Virus record (IMG/VR): IMGVR_UViG_3300042503_002275 | Coordinates: 1 to 42,895 of that record | DNA: 42,895 nucleotides | Reading direction: 5' to 3' (one strand) | Source of the DNA: a virus | Lineage: Duplodnaviria; Caudoviricetes | Shown here: piece by piece, positions 26,009-34,158 of the stretch | How the letters are laid out: every line of letters starts with the position of its first letter | Numbering within the stretch: the stretch's first letter is position 1 | Translations under genes and position numbers: made by a program | Notes under the pieces: generated by a model | What the model was told of the DNA's origin: nothing | Seen by the model: only the letters and a program-made list of their open reading frames with translations | Databases searched by the model: none

Positions 26009-27246
26009 TGACAGACCTGCCTTACAGCAGGGAGACGGAGCAGGCGCTGATCGGGCGCCTGCTCCTTGACCCGGCGAAGATTGCCCAATTGCAGGGCACG
26101 CTTCGTGGGGACTACTTCCACGTACCGGAGTTCCGCGAGGCATACGACCAGATGGTAGAGCTGACCCGCAAGGGTAAGTCCGTTGATGTCGTTACCCTGG
26201 GCGGAGATCAGCAGGTATTGTTTGACGCCATCCGTGAGGTAGGCGCCGGCTATACCGCACCGGTGGAGGAGTACGCCACCATCGTCCGTAACCTATGGTT
26301 CAAGCGACAGATCGTCATGATGGCTGCGCGGATTAGCCGCCAGGCCAATACCGATAGCGGCTCAGAGGAGTTGCTTGCCGGGGTATCCGAGGAGGTCTCT
26401 CGACTATCCACGGATGCCGACGGTGGCAAGTTGCTGAGCCCGACACAGGCGGTCAGTGAGTACCGGAAGGCAGTAGAGGCACGCGCCACTGGCGAGCCGG
26501 GGCTCTCGTATGGGCTGGCAGCCCTAGATAAACTGGTACAGCCCGCCAAGGGTGGCGACATGATTGTCATTGCAGCGCGCCCATCCGTGGGTAAGTCAGC
26601 ACTGGCAGTCCAGATCGCCGACCATTGGGCTAGGGTACAGAGCAAGCCGATCCTCTTCGCCTCGCTCGAGATGTCCGTCAATCAATTGCTCGACCGGGAA
26701 GTATCTCGTGTCGGTAATATTGACGCGACGAAGGTGACGCGTGGCCAGCTGAACCTTGAGGAATCCGCAGCTGCCGACGAGGCGCTACGGTACCGAGAGC
26801 GTTCCAATATCTGGTATCTCGACGACCCTCATGGTACGACAGCCACGCTACGAGGCGCTGCTGCCAAGGTCAAGATGGTTGCCGGTGGGATCGGCGGCAT
26901 TATTGTGGACTACCTTCAGATCCTCAAGGACGAGACAAAGGAATCAGAGGTACAGCGGGTGACAAGAATTTCTCGGAACCTCAAGGCCATTGCTCGCGAG
27001 TTTGATGTGCCGATTGTGGCGCTCTCTCAGCTGAACCGATCAGTCGAGCTGCGCGACGACAAGCACCCCAAGCTCTACGATCTGCGGGAGTCCGGCGCGA
27101 TTGAGCAGGATGCCGATCTCGTGATGGGAATCTATCGAGAACTCGGCACCGAGACAGTCGAGCTTGATATCCTAAAGAACCGGCAGGGTCGCGTTGGTCG
27201 TGTCACCCTGGGGTTTGATTTGGAGAGGGTGGCATTCCGTGGCTAA
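26008..27246 (+). CDS. dnaB: Replicative DNA helicase, DnaB-like
   Basis: AARPSVGKS, SLEM, IVDYLQ, LSQLNR, DLRESGAIEQDAD, KNRQG. Confidence 0.95.
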   Translation: MTDLPYSRETEQALIGRLLLDPAKIAQLQGTLRGDYFHVPEFREAYDQMVELTRKGKSVDVVTLGGDQQVLFDAIREVGAGYTAPVEEYATIVRNLWFKRQIVMMAARISRQANTDSGSEELLAGVSEEVSRLSTDADGGKLLSPTQAVSEYRKAVEARATGEPGLSYGLAALDKLVQPAKGGDMIVIAARPSVGKSALAVQIADHWARVQSKPILFASLEMSVNQLLDREVSRVGNIDATKVTRGQLNLEESAAADEALRYRERSNIWYLDDPHGTTATLRGAAAKVKMVAGGIGGIIVDYLQILKDETKESEVQRVTRISRNLKAIAREFDVPIVALSQLNRSVELRDDKHPKLYDLRESGAIEQDADLVMGIYRELGTETVELDILKNRQGRVGRVTLGFDLERVAFRG

Positions 27247-27577
27247 AGATCAGAGCCCATCTACTCGCGGCCGGTTGGCACGACGCAGGGGCATAGAGTT
27301 TGAGCGCCGCATTGCGAAGCGCCTTGGGCTCCAGCGCGTCGGCCACTTTGGCGGCAAGCCAGATGCGGCAGGTCGGTTCCTCGTCCAGTGCAAGAAGGGC
27401 ACCGGGTACTGGAGCGACCGCTATTGGAACTGGATTATGGAGATGCCGGAGACAGGCGTAATGCGCCTGCTTGCGGTAGCTGATAATCCGAAACCCGGCG
27501 AGCAGACTAGGGTTATGATTGTCTGCGACCTGGAGGATTTCTCCAGGCTAGTAAATAAGGAGGGCGAAGATGCCTGA
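27239..27577 (+). CDS. Putative Holliday junction resolvase (PD-(D/E)XK)
   Basis: GTG start; RRGIEFERRIA, KPD, LVQCK. Confidence 0.65.
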   Translation: MAKDQSPSTRGRLARRRGIEFERRIAKRLGLQRVGHFGGKPDAAGRFLVQCKKGTGYWSDRYWNWIMEMPETGVMRLLAVADNPKPGEQTRVMIVCDLEDFSRLVNKEGEDA

Positions 27578-27914
27578 GAAGAAGAAGCTCACTCAGCTTG
27601 TCGGTCGTGTCGGCAAGGATCCGGTCGAGAAGCAGGCCGGGGAAAACAATATCGTTGAGTTCAGCATTGCCGTAAGCAATTCATACGACGATGGCGACAG
27701 CACCTGGTATCAGATTGCTGTGTTCAACGAGAACCTCAAGAAGCCGGTACAGGAAGCCATCTACAAGGGCGCCACTGTGGCAGTAGAGGGCAGCATCAAG
27801 AGCCGCGAGGTTCAGGGCAAGGTCTATCACAATGTTACCGCATATAAGGTCGGCGTTGTTTCCTGGGTGAAGCGCGACGCATCGGCAGGCGGTAACGATA
27901 ACCTTCCGTTCTAA
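27570..27914 (+). CDS. ssb: Single-stranded DNA-binding protein
   Basis: LVGRVGKDP, FSIAV, KG..V.VEG OB fold; C-terminal DNLPF. Confidence 0.92.
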   Translation: MPEKKKLTQLVGRVGKDPVEKQAGENNIVEFSIAVSNSYDDGDSTWYQIAVFNENLKKPVQEAIYKGATVAVEGSIKSREVQGKVYHNVTAYKVGVVSWVKRDASAGGNDNLPF

Positions 27915-28798
27915 TGTCGGTGGCGTTCTTTGCCGAGATCTGGGGCGATAGCTCCGGCTTCGGCGAGATCCGCATGATCCGCAAGGGTCGGGATGGCAGG
28001 CCTGAGATTCGGCAGTCGTGGCATGAGCTGAACGATACCGGTCTCGGCCTGCTGGCCGCCTCTGAGGCTGCCGGCCGGCACTCAGCTGAGCACTGGGACG
28101 TGTACTACGGGGTGGTGCCACGTACCGGTCGAGGTGGTACCGCTGCCCACTGCCCGGATAAAGTCCGGGTCATCTGGGCTGACGTTGATGCCAAGAACTT
28201 CTCCTCCAAGGAGGAGGCCTTCCGGGTTATCTCCGGCGCCCGGGTATCCCCCTCGGTCATCGTTGACTCCGGCAATGGCTACCATCTTTACTGGCTGCTC
28301 CGGGAGGAGATCGCATCTCCGACTGCGACGGTCATCATGAAGGGTATCGCCAAGTCCATCGGCGGGGATGCCGTTGCTGATATCCCCCGGGTATTGCGCG
28401 TACCGGGCACCTCAAACTGGAAGCGCGAGCCTCTGCCGGTCAGGCTGCTGATGCTTGATAGCCGGGCACGCCGGAGCGTTGACGACTTTGCACCCGAGAT
28501 CCGGGCAGCCGAGGCCGCAGTGCGCCAGCCTACGAGGCTGTATACCGGCGAGCCGATGCCCCTAGAAAAGCTGCCGGGATGGCTGACCGAGATTATTATT
28601 AATCCGGCGCCACGTGGCGCTAGGTCGGAGACGGCCTTCAAGGCCTGCCTCTGGCTCGCCCGGTATGGGTGGAGCGATGGGCAGATCGAGCAGTTGTTCT
28701 TGCAGCACCCCACTGGGGTGGGCGAGAAGTATGCCGAGCGCCGGGATGGCAGCCGATGGTTGGCCACCACGTTGCGGGCAGCGAGGAGTGTACGATGA
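27914..28798 (+). CDS. RepB-like primase (archaeo-eukaryotic primase superfamily)
   Basis: WADVD, PS.IVDSGNGYHLYW, D..RVLRVPGT.N.K; C-terminal helical domain (RSE). Confidence 0.85.
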   Translation: MSVAFFAEIWGDSSGFGEIRMIRKGRDGRPEIRQSWHELNDTGLGLLAASEAAGRHSAEHWDVYYGVVPRTGRGGTAAHCPDKVRVIWADVDAKNFSSKEEAFRVISGARVSPSVIVDSGNGYHLYWLLREEIASPTATVIMKGIAKSIGGDAVADIPRVLRVPGTSNWKREPLPVRLLMLDSRARRSVDDFAPEIRAAEAAVRQPTRLYTGEPMPLEKLPGWLTEIIINPAPRGARSETAFKACLWLARYGWSDGQIEQLFLQHPTGVGEKYAERRDGSRWLATTLRAARSVR

Positions 28799-29022
28799 CC
28801 GACGAAGCACAGGATAAATATCAGCGCCACCTGGAGGCAGCCGAGCAGCTCGGTCGCATCCTGGAATCCCAGGCCACGGAGTTTGCCCGGCTTGTGGCAT
28901 CCGGCACCAGTACCTGGGCAGCCCAGAAGCTCTGCGATACTGAGTACGCAGTCCGTCTCGAGATTGCCAAGGCCAACCTCGACATCAGCCGAGCCCGGCT
29001 AGTGGAGTGCTCATGCCGCTGA
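28795..29022 (+). CDS. Hypothetical protein (75 aa)
   Basis: ATGA-coupled to the primase; GAGGAG RBS. Confidence 0.65.
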   Translation: MTDEAQDKYQRHLEAAEQLGRILESQATEFARLVASGTSTWAAQKLCDTEYAVRLEIAKANLDISRARLVECSCR

Positions 29023-29153
29023 ACCCACCGGCTCCCGACAAGCGTGCCTCAGTAGAGCAGCGCCTCTCCCGGATTAATGTCAGCCCGGCATTTATCCTTG
29101 GCCAGGTCACCGGCGCACTCATTGTGCTGCTGACTATCCTCATCACCAGATAA
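29013..29153 (+). CDS. Small membrane protein (46 aa), not in the ORF track
   Basis: MPLNPPAPDKRASVEQRLSRINVSPAFILGQVTGALIVLLTILITR; GGAG RBS; C-terminal TM helix. Confidence 0.55.
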   Translation: MPLNPPAPDKRASVEQRLSRINVSPAFILGQVTGALIVLLTILITR

Positions 29154-29154
29154 T

Positions 29155-29183
29155 AAAAAGCCCCGGAGCCGAAGCTCCGGGGC
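29155..29183 (-). terminator. Intrinsic terminator of the early block at the convergence point
   Basis: Minus: GCCCCGGAGC-TTCG-GCTCCGGGGC-TTTTT, a perfect 10-bp stem. Confidence 0.9.
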
Positions 29184-29249
29184 GGAGACCAGGTAGGAGG
29201 AAACCTGGTCGGTTGATAACGCTAGCAGCTCCTCATGCTGCGTGCAGTG

Positions 29250-29495
29250 TCAGCGGCAGGCCTCGCATCGTACCGGTGGTCGACCTCGCTTGCCGGTAGG
29301 TTCAATTTCTCCGCCGCATCCCAGGCATCCCGACTTCGTTGTCGAGTTGCCGGTATCAAAGCTGACCCGCTGCCACTCGAAGCAGGGAGCTAGCTCACCG
29401 GCCTTGATCTTGTCAACGTACTTGCCGCATACAGGGCAGTCGCCATGAAGATCTGCGTTCTCCCACTTTGATGGCTTCAAGATCTCGACTTCCAT
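29250..29495 (-). CDS. Small Zn-finger protein
   Basis: CPVC, CLGC and GRPPVRCEAC; GGAGG RBS before MEVEILK. Confidence 0.7.
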   Translation of the reverse strand: MEVEILKPSKWENADLHGDCPVCGKYVDKIKAGELAPCFEWQRVSFDTGNSTTKSGCLGCGGEIEPTGKRGRPPVRCEACR

Positions 29496-29548
29496 AGAAC
29501 CTCCATTCCGGGGAGCTGGCACACTGGCCAGCCCCCCACTCTCGTTGA

Positions 29549-29989
29549 CTACGCCTTGACCGGAGCCTTCTCGCTGATCGGCAGCCCATATGGGCAGCGG
29601 GTCTTGTGGAACCCTAGAGTGCTGAACGACATGTACATATGTTCATGGTTACCATCTAGCACAGCCTTCCGGCAATCGACCTGGTGGTACTCTTCGTTGA
29701 TACGATCTCGCTCATACCGTGCCAGTCGAAGCTTTGCGAAGAGGTCGCGATGCTTCTCGGACTGGCCTGGCTTGATCCGCTTGACTCGGAGGTTGGCTAC
29801 CGAGACATCCCGGTTGAGCTGGCAGCGAAGCTTATAGAGATCAAGAGACCTGAGCATGAGATCGAGCTTCTCGCCGGTGTACTTCCGCTTATAGCTCCGG
29901 CGAAGCTTTGGCAGGTGGCCGATCTCTTGATCGAGCTGCTCGTTGTACCGGGCAATGATTTCCCGGATCGTCTTCTTCTTGGCCTTCAT
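29549..29989 (-). CDS. Basic helical hypothetical protein
   Basis: Start re-called to MKAKKK behind AGGAGG. Confidence 0.7.
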   Translation of the reverse strand: MKAKKKTIREIIARYNEQLDQEIGHLPKLRRSYKRKYTGEKLDLMLRSLDLYKLRCQLNRDVSVANLRVKRIKPGQSEKHRDLFAKLRLARYERDRINEEYHQVDCRKAVLDGNHEHMYMSFSTLGFHKTRCPYGLPISEKAPVKA

Positions 29990-30048
29990 AGTTCCTCCTA
30001 TGTTAACCCCCCGGAACCGCCGGGTCGGGAGCTCTGTGCTCTGATACA

Positions 30049-30077
30049 AGTATAACCGGCACTTTCGGTTTTGTCAA
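30049..30077 (-). promoter_or_regulatory. Sigma70 promoter
   Basis: TTGACA-17 nt-TATACT. Confidence 0.85.
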
Positions 30078-30096
30078 GTCGTGCTCAAATCCAGGG

Positions 30097-30118
30097 ATTG
30101 TTACAACATTGTAACAAT
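30097..30118. promoter_or_regulatory. Palindromic operator-like site
   Basis: ATTGTTACAA-ca-TTGTAACAAT, a perfect 10-bp inverted repeat 20 bp upstream of the -35. Confidence 0.6.
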
Positions 30119-30128
30119 TGCCATGTCA

Positions 30129-30407
30129 CTAAAACGGTAGGCCATCGTCCTCCTTCTCCGGCTCGGCGCCGGTAATCTCGAGCGCCTTCTTGATGCCATC
30201 CCGGACGCCGGATTCATAATGATAGGCATTGACCCCACTGCCATTAGTAAGGGCTTTCATCATCGCGGCACTGGCATCCGTCAGGGCTACCGCGAGCTTC
30301 TTAACCTGGACGTTGCGCTTGTTGAGCATGACCTCGACTTGGAGAAGTCGCTTATAGTCGTCCCGGGAAATTAATACCCGGCCATCCATATAGTCCTGCG
30401 CTTTCAT
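30129..30407 (-). CDS. Hypothetical protein with SSB-like acidic tail
   Basis: 92 aa, ends EDDGLPF; TAATG-coupled. Confidence 0.65.
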   Translation of the reverse strand: MKAQDYMDGRVLISRDDYKRLLQVEVMLNKRNVQVKKLAVALTDASAAMMKALTNGSGVNAYHYESGVRDGIKKALEITGAEPEKEDDGLPF

Positions 30408-30805
30408 TATAGTACCCCCCTAATTGCAGCGTCAGCGATCTCAGACCAGACCACGCTCTCGAGCGAGGCCAGGATGAGGGCTTCCGATGGGTTGACCCGA
30501 TCCGGGTTGTGGAAGATGCCGACCTCGTAATATTCCTCAGCCCGCTCGCGGAGCCAGTTGCCTACCTCTGTGGCTACGCACTGGAGCTCGAAGTCGGTCG
30601 GTGCTACCGGCAGCATGCACCACCGGGTAATCTCCTCGTCTACGCGTTCCGAGATGGTATCCAGGCCATGTGCCATGTCCTGTTCCGGATGTCGGAGGAT
30701 CTCGACAACTGCTGCGGTAAAGTCGTTAAGCCAGACCGTTTTAAAGAGTTCCTCCCGGTTAACCTCGACTGAGCATCCCAGTTCCTTGACATATTCTCGT
30801 GCCAT
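30407..30805 (-). CDS. Acidic helical protein, possible Ocr-like DNA mimic
   Basis: About 26 D/E in 132 aa by hand count; early region; TAATG-coupled start. Confidence 0.5.
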   Translation of the reverse strand: MAREYVKELGCSVEVNREELFKTVWLNDFTAAVVEILRHPEQDMAHGLDTISERVDEEITRWCMLPVAPTDFELQCVATEVGNWLRERAEEYYEVGIFHNPDRVNPSEALILASLESVVWSEIADAAIRGVL

Positions 30806-31068
30806 TAGAACCCCCTGCACTTCTGGTCAATCCCGGCGGAATTGATCCCTGACTCCATCTTAAAGTCCCCGATCTGCCTTGTCAAGAGCGGATCTGCATC
30901 TGCCCCCACCGGCACGCCACACCGTACGCAGGCTGCCACCCGGGAGCTGAACGTATCTTCATCCCACTTGCCGAGTTTGTGTCCGTTCTCCTCCATCATC
31001 CTGGTCGCGTCGTCCACCATCTTCTCGAGCCGGTCAGCATCGCGCTGCCGTAGGCTATCTCGTATCAT
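30805..31068 (-). CDS. Hypothetical protein with H/CxxC metal site
   Basis: GH.LG.W...CVRCG...C; GGAGGG RBS. Confidence 0.65.
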   Translation of the reverse strand: MIRDSLRQRDADRLEKMVDDATRMMEENGHKLGKWDEDTFSSRVAACVRCGVPVGADADPLLTRQIGDFKMESGINSAGIDQKCRGF

Positions 31069-31294
31069 TGTGATCCCTCCCATATACTTTGACTGCCAGG
31101 CCATCTGCACGTAGGGCTGCAATCAGTGCCACAGCGTGCTCAGTGCTCTTGATAATAATCATTGCGTGTCGTTCCTCCCCGATTATTTCTTGAAGTGCCT
31201 CGCGCCCCCGGTTACCCCAGGGTCGGGATGGTGCTGCCACCGAGACAGCACCATCCCCCATGACTACAACAATCTCAGCATCAGATCCCCTCAT
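31055..31294 (-). CDS. Hypothetical protein
   Basis: 79-aa ORF tiled in the operon; GAGG RBS. Confidence 0.55.
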   Translation of the reverse strand: MRGSDAEIVVVMGDGAVSVAAPSRPWGNRGREALQEIIGEERHAMIIIKSTEHAVALIAALRADGLAVKVYGRDHNDTR

Positions 31295-31457
31295 TGTTTA
31301 CCTCGGTCAAGATGACGATGAACGTCACCAAGCCCGCGCCGATTGCTGCCAGTGCCATGTACCCTGTTGCTGCCGGGTTATTAGCCTCGGCGGCGGAAAA
31401 GATGAGCATGTCGAGCACAAACAACACCCATGCCGCCAAAAGAATCTTCTTCTTCAT
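31281..31457 (-). CDS. Small two-TM membrane protein (58 aa), not in the ORF track
   Basis: MKKKILLAAWVLFVLDMLIFSAAEANNPAATGYMALAAIGAGLVTFIVILTEVNNEGI; GGAGG RBS. Confidence 0.7.
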   Translation of the reverse strand: MKKKILLAAWVLFVLDMLIFSAAEANNPAATGYMALAAIGAGLVTFIVILTEVNNEGI

Positions 31458-31831
31458 CACTGCACCTCCAGGGAGATGGCCTCGCCCGCCGCAATATCCC
31501 AGATCGAGCGCTGCTTGTTTGCGTAACCGAGGCGGATGGCTCCATCGCGATCCGGCATCCAGAGGCTCGGATCGAGGTGGATGTCACCAAACTCGTCGAC
31601 CCAGGCACCGACATTGCTTACACCGTACCGAGCTCCGATACCCTGCATCAGACTCGTCAAGGTGAGATCGCTCAGGTCGGCTACCCGGTCGGCAGTGATC
31701 ACAAGGGCGCTGCCCTCGACCGCTCCCACCCAGTACCCACCCCGGTCATCCGGGAAGACTTCGTGCAAGGTTGCTGCGTTGTAGGTTCCGCCACCGTTCT
31801 TGAGAATGTTCTTGACCAGTTTGTCGCTCAT
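31457..31831 (-). CDS. Conserved phage protein, possibly SAM-lyase-like fold
   Basis: GG.T..GY.V..G.W.D...LD.S...A..LG....Q.SIWD pattern; AAGGAG RBS. Confidence 0.55.
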   Translation of the reverse strand: MSDKLVKNILKNGGGTYNAATLHEVFPDDRGGYWVGAVEGSALVITADRVADLSDLTLTSLMQGIGARYGVSNVGAWVDEFGDIHLDPSLWMPDRDGAIRLGYANKQRSIWDIAAGEAISLEVQ

Positions 31832-32091
31832 TAGAATGTCTCCTTCAACTTCTTTGCCTTCCGGTCAAGGCGACCGGCAGCCACCACGAGGTCAGCGATG
31901 TCCTTGTACAGCGCCTGGAAGACGCAGTGCGAGTAGTCGCCACCGAAGTAATGCTCCGGCAGGTCGGCGTTGTGGGCTCCGACGATCTGCCCCAGGAACT
32001 TGATCTCATCCTGGATGAGGGTGAGCCGGTCGCTCACATGACGCAGGTCGATCTCGTCCCTGCTCTTGATCTCTCGCTGCTCGTCGCTCAC
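31831..32091 (-). CDS. Hypothetical protein
   Basis: 86 aa; GTG start with GAGGAG RBS. Confidence 0.65.
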   Translation of the reverse strand: MSDEQREIKSRDEIDLRHVSDRLTLIQDEIKFLGQIVGAHNADLPEHYFGGDYSHCVFQALYKDIADLVVAAGRLDRKAKKLKETF

Positions 32092-32252
32092 TTTGACTCC
32101 TCCTCTTCCTCTGCTGCCACCTCGGTGATCGCACCGGTCTCAATGGCCTGGGTGATCGCCTTCTCGGTCGACGGTGACGTGCCGATGACGACGACGTCAA
32201 TGCCGAGCGCCGTAGCGAAGTGCCGGGCTCGCATAATCTCTTCCATGCTCAT
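32088..32252 (-). CDS. Small acidic hypothetical protein (54 aa)
   Basis: Start re-called behind the AAGGAGG of the leader cassette. Confidence 0.6.
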   Translation of the reverse strand: MSMEEIMRARHFATALGIDVVVIGTSPSTEKAITQAIETGAITEVAAEEEEESK

Positions 32253-32257
32253 GACTT

Positions 32258-32333
32258 CCTCCTTGCTGCTGCCGGCAGGGGGCACAGCGCCCCCTGCTAC
32301 GACCACTTTAACGGTTGCCGCCTTACTTGTCAA
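32258..32333 (-). promoter_or_regulatory. Early cassette: sigma70 promoter + 5' hairpin + RBS
   Basis: TTGACA-17-TAAAGT; GCAGGGGGC/GCCCCCTGC stem; AGCAGCAAGGAGG. Confidence 0.8.
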
Positions 32334-32598
32334 CCGGCACCTCCTTGAATGATGCCTGACCCCAAGCCACCGAGAACCGGTAGGAGTCAAAGCGCTCGTT
32401 GTCGGTCGCGAGGATGACCATCAGCCGGGCTGCGTAGATCGCGTTGACCTTGGCAAGCACCTCCTCGATCAGTTGATGATCCCGGTCGCCCAGGGTAAGC
32501 CCTCCGAGGCTCTTTGCCTTTCTGAGCTCCGTCGTCACCTCTGCCCGGGCTGAGCCCAGGGTTGCCAGTTTGATGTAGTCCTTCTTGCTCATTGCCAT
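32323..32598 (-). CDS. Hypothetical phage protein
   Basis: MSKKDY..LA...DN.RFD..RF pattern; AGAGGAG RBS. Confidence 0.7.
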   Translation of the reverse strand: MAMSKKDYIKLATLGSARAEVTTELRKAKSLGGLTLGDRDHQLIEEVLAKVNAIYAARLMVILATDNERFDSYRFSVAWGQASFKEVPVDK

Positions 32599-32625
32599 GA
32601 TCTCTCTCCTCTCTCTGCTACCGGC

Positions 32626-33321
32626 TTACAACCACGCCGGGAGTGGGTCGCCCTCGCCGATGAAGGTGATCGCTACGGAGCCCACCATGGGCGTGTCCAT
32701 CAGGTCATCCACCAGGAGGCTGCGGATCTCGTCCAGGAGTAGTTTGCCGTCGTTCTCCGGGTCAGCCGACCACTTCTGAAGGTAGTCCATGTGATCCTCG
32801 TAGAAGTCGGTGCCGACCTCCTCGTCGCGGCGCTTGGTCAGCGTCCCGATGGCCAGGGCGTAGTTCTCCTCGTAGGAGACGAAATTCTCCCCGTCGCCGT
32901 AGCGCACGACCACCTTGTACCGGTTGCCGCTCTTGAGCGCCTCGAGTTGTGCCTCCAGGCTCTTGATCTCCTGCTCTGCCTGAGTCATGTGCTCCTCCTT
33001 CTCCGGCACTGGTGCCGGCTCTACTGCCTTGGGCTCCAGGACTGCCTCGCCCTGGCGAAGCGTCCAGATCATGTACCAGACCCGCCAGTCCTGCGAGGTG
33101 CGGGACTTGGTGAGGACACTGGCGTGGCGCTTGCAGACCGGCACCTGCGTTCCGACAGCGGTGAGCCCGGTGTTGCGGACTCGCCAGGAGTTGCCGGTCT
33201 CCTCCTTGGTCTTCGTCCAGATGTGGCTCGCGGGCTTGCCGCAGTGACCGGTGCTGCGACCCTCGAGCCGGTAGTTAGGGATGTGCTGATTGATCGAGAT
33301 CTTGCAGTTGTCACTCCACAT
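32626..33321 (-). CDS. Hypothetical protein: basic Cys/His N-domain plus acidic C-domain
   Basis: Start re-called to MWSDNC behind AAGGAGG; internal in-frame RBS and ATG at 32988. Confidence 0.65.
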   Translation of the reverse strand: MWSDNCKISINQHIPNYRLEGRSTGHCGKPASHIWTKTKEETGNSWRVRNTGLTAVGTQVPVCKRHASVLTKSRTSQDWRVWYMIWTLRQGEAVLEPKAVEPAPVPEKEEHMTQAEQEIKSLEAQLEALKSGNRYKVVVRYGDGENFVSYEENYALAIGTLTKRRDEEVGTDFYEDHMDYLQKWSADPENDGKLLLDEIRSLLVDDLMDTPMVGSVAITFIGEGDPLPAWL

Positions 33322-33326
33322 GGTTG

Positions 33327-33389
33327 CCTCCTTGCTGCTCCTGCCTGCCCGGGGCACAGCGCCCCGGGCTCCGGCTGAAAAGTACTTTT
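33327..33389 (-). promoter_or_regulatory. Early leader cassette: palindrome + hairpin + RBS
   Basis: AAAAGTACTTTT; GCCCGGGGC/GCCCCGGGC stem; AGCAGCAAGGAGG. Confidence 0.7.
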
Positions 33390-33715
33390 TAGTAGAGCCG
33401 GCTGCGCTTGGCGATGTCCACAAATGCGACCGTGTCGAGGTCGAGGAGGATCTCGCTGATGGCTCCCTCGACTGCCAGGAACTGCATCTCGTCCAGGTTC
33501 TCGATCATGCGCTCCGTGTCGATGTCTCCCTCGCTCCAGTACTTGACCGGCTGAAAGGCGAGGAGGTCGCTGCACTGAGCGACCACCGACTCGCCGGTGA
33601 CCTCGAGGACGATCTCCCAAGCCTCAATGAGGGCTTCGGTTGCCTCGAGGTGCTGCCCACCCATGACCTGGTCGTCAAAGACGATGGTGTTTGTGAAGAT
33701 GATTCCGTCGCTCAT
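33389..33715 (-). CDS. Highly acidic protein (108 aa), candidate DNA mimic
   Basis: About 22 D/E versus 5 K/R by hand count; has its own promoter cassette. Confidence 0.6.
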   Translation of the reverse strand: MSDGIIFTNTIVFDDQVMGGQHLEATEALIEAWEIVLEVTGESVVAQCSDLLAFQPVKYWSEGDIDTERMIENLDEMQFLAVEGAISEILLDLDTVAFVDIAKRSRLY

Positions 33716-33720
33716 GGTGT

Positions 33721-33799
33721 CCTCCTTGCTTGCCGGGTCTGCCAGGGGCGAAGTGCCCCCGGCTGAGACCACATTAACGGTTCCGGAGCCGGTCGTCAA
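33721..33799 (-). promoter_or_regulatory. Early cassette: sigma70 promoter + 5' hairpin + RBS
   Basis: TTGACG-17-TAATGT; GCCGGGGGC/GCCCCTGGC stem; AGCAAGGAGG. Confidence 0.8.
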
Positions 33800-34158
33800 G
33801 CCAGTGACTCCCGGCTGCCGAAGATGACCTGGCGGTTGCGCTTGCCCACCTCTTCCCGGGCTGCGTTGAGCCGTCGGGTCTTGGTGATCAACTTCGCCTT
33901 CCGGGTCTGGTCGGTCTTGCCGTAGTAGTACCGGTTGTCGACCACCTCCTGCTCCGGAGTCCGAGGGAAGATGGCGTCCGGGCTGACAGCCAGGATCTGG
34001 GCTCGGCGCTCCATGACTCCGGCGACGGTGATGCTCTTCTCGTAGTCAGCGATTGAGCCCTCGAGGTCAGCGACCTGCTCCTCGAGGCGCTTGATCAACT
34101 TCGCCAGGTCTTTCTCCGGCATCGTCGGGAGTAGTTCTGCCTGCTTTGCCTCGTTCAT
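33796..34158 (-). CDS. Coiled-coil hypothetical protein, first early gene
   Basis: 120 aa; AGGAGGG RBS. Confidence 0.7.
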   Translation of the reverse strand: MNEAKQAELLPTMPEKDLAKLIKRLEEQVADLEGSIADYEKSITVAGVMERRAQILAVSPDAIFPRTPEQEVVDNRYYYGKTDQTRKAKLITKTRRLNAAREEVGKRNRQVIFGSRESLA

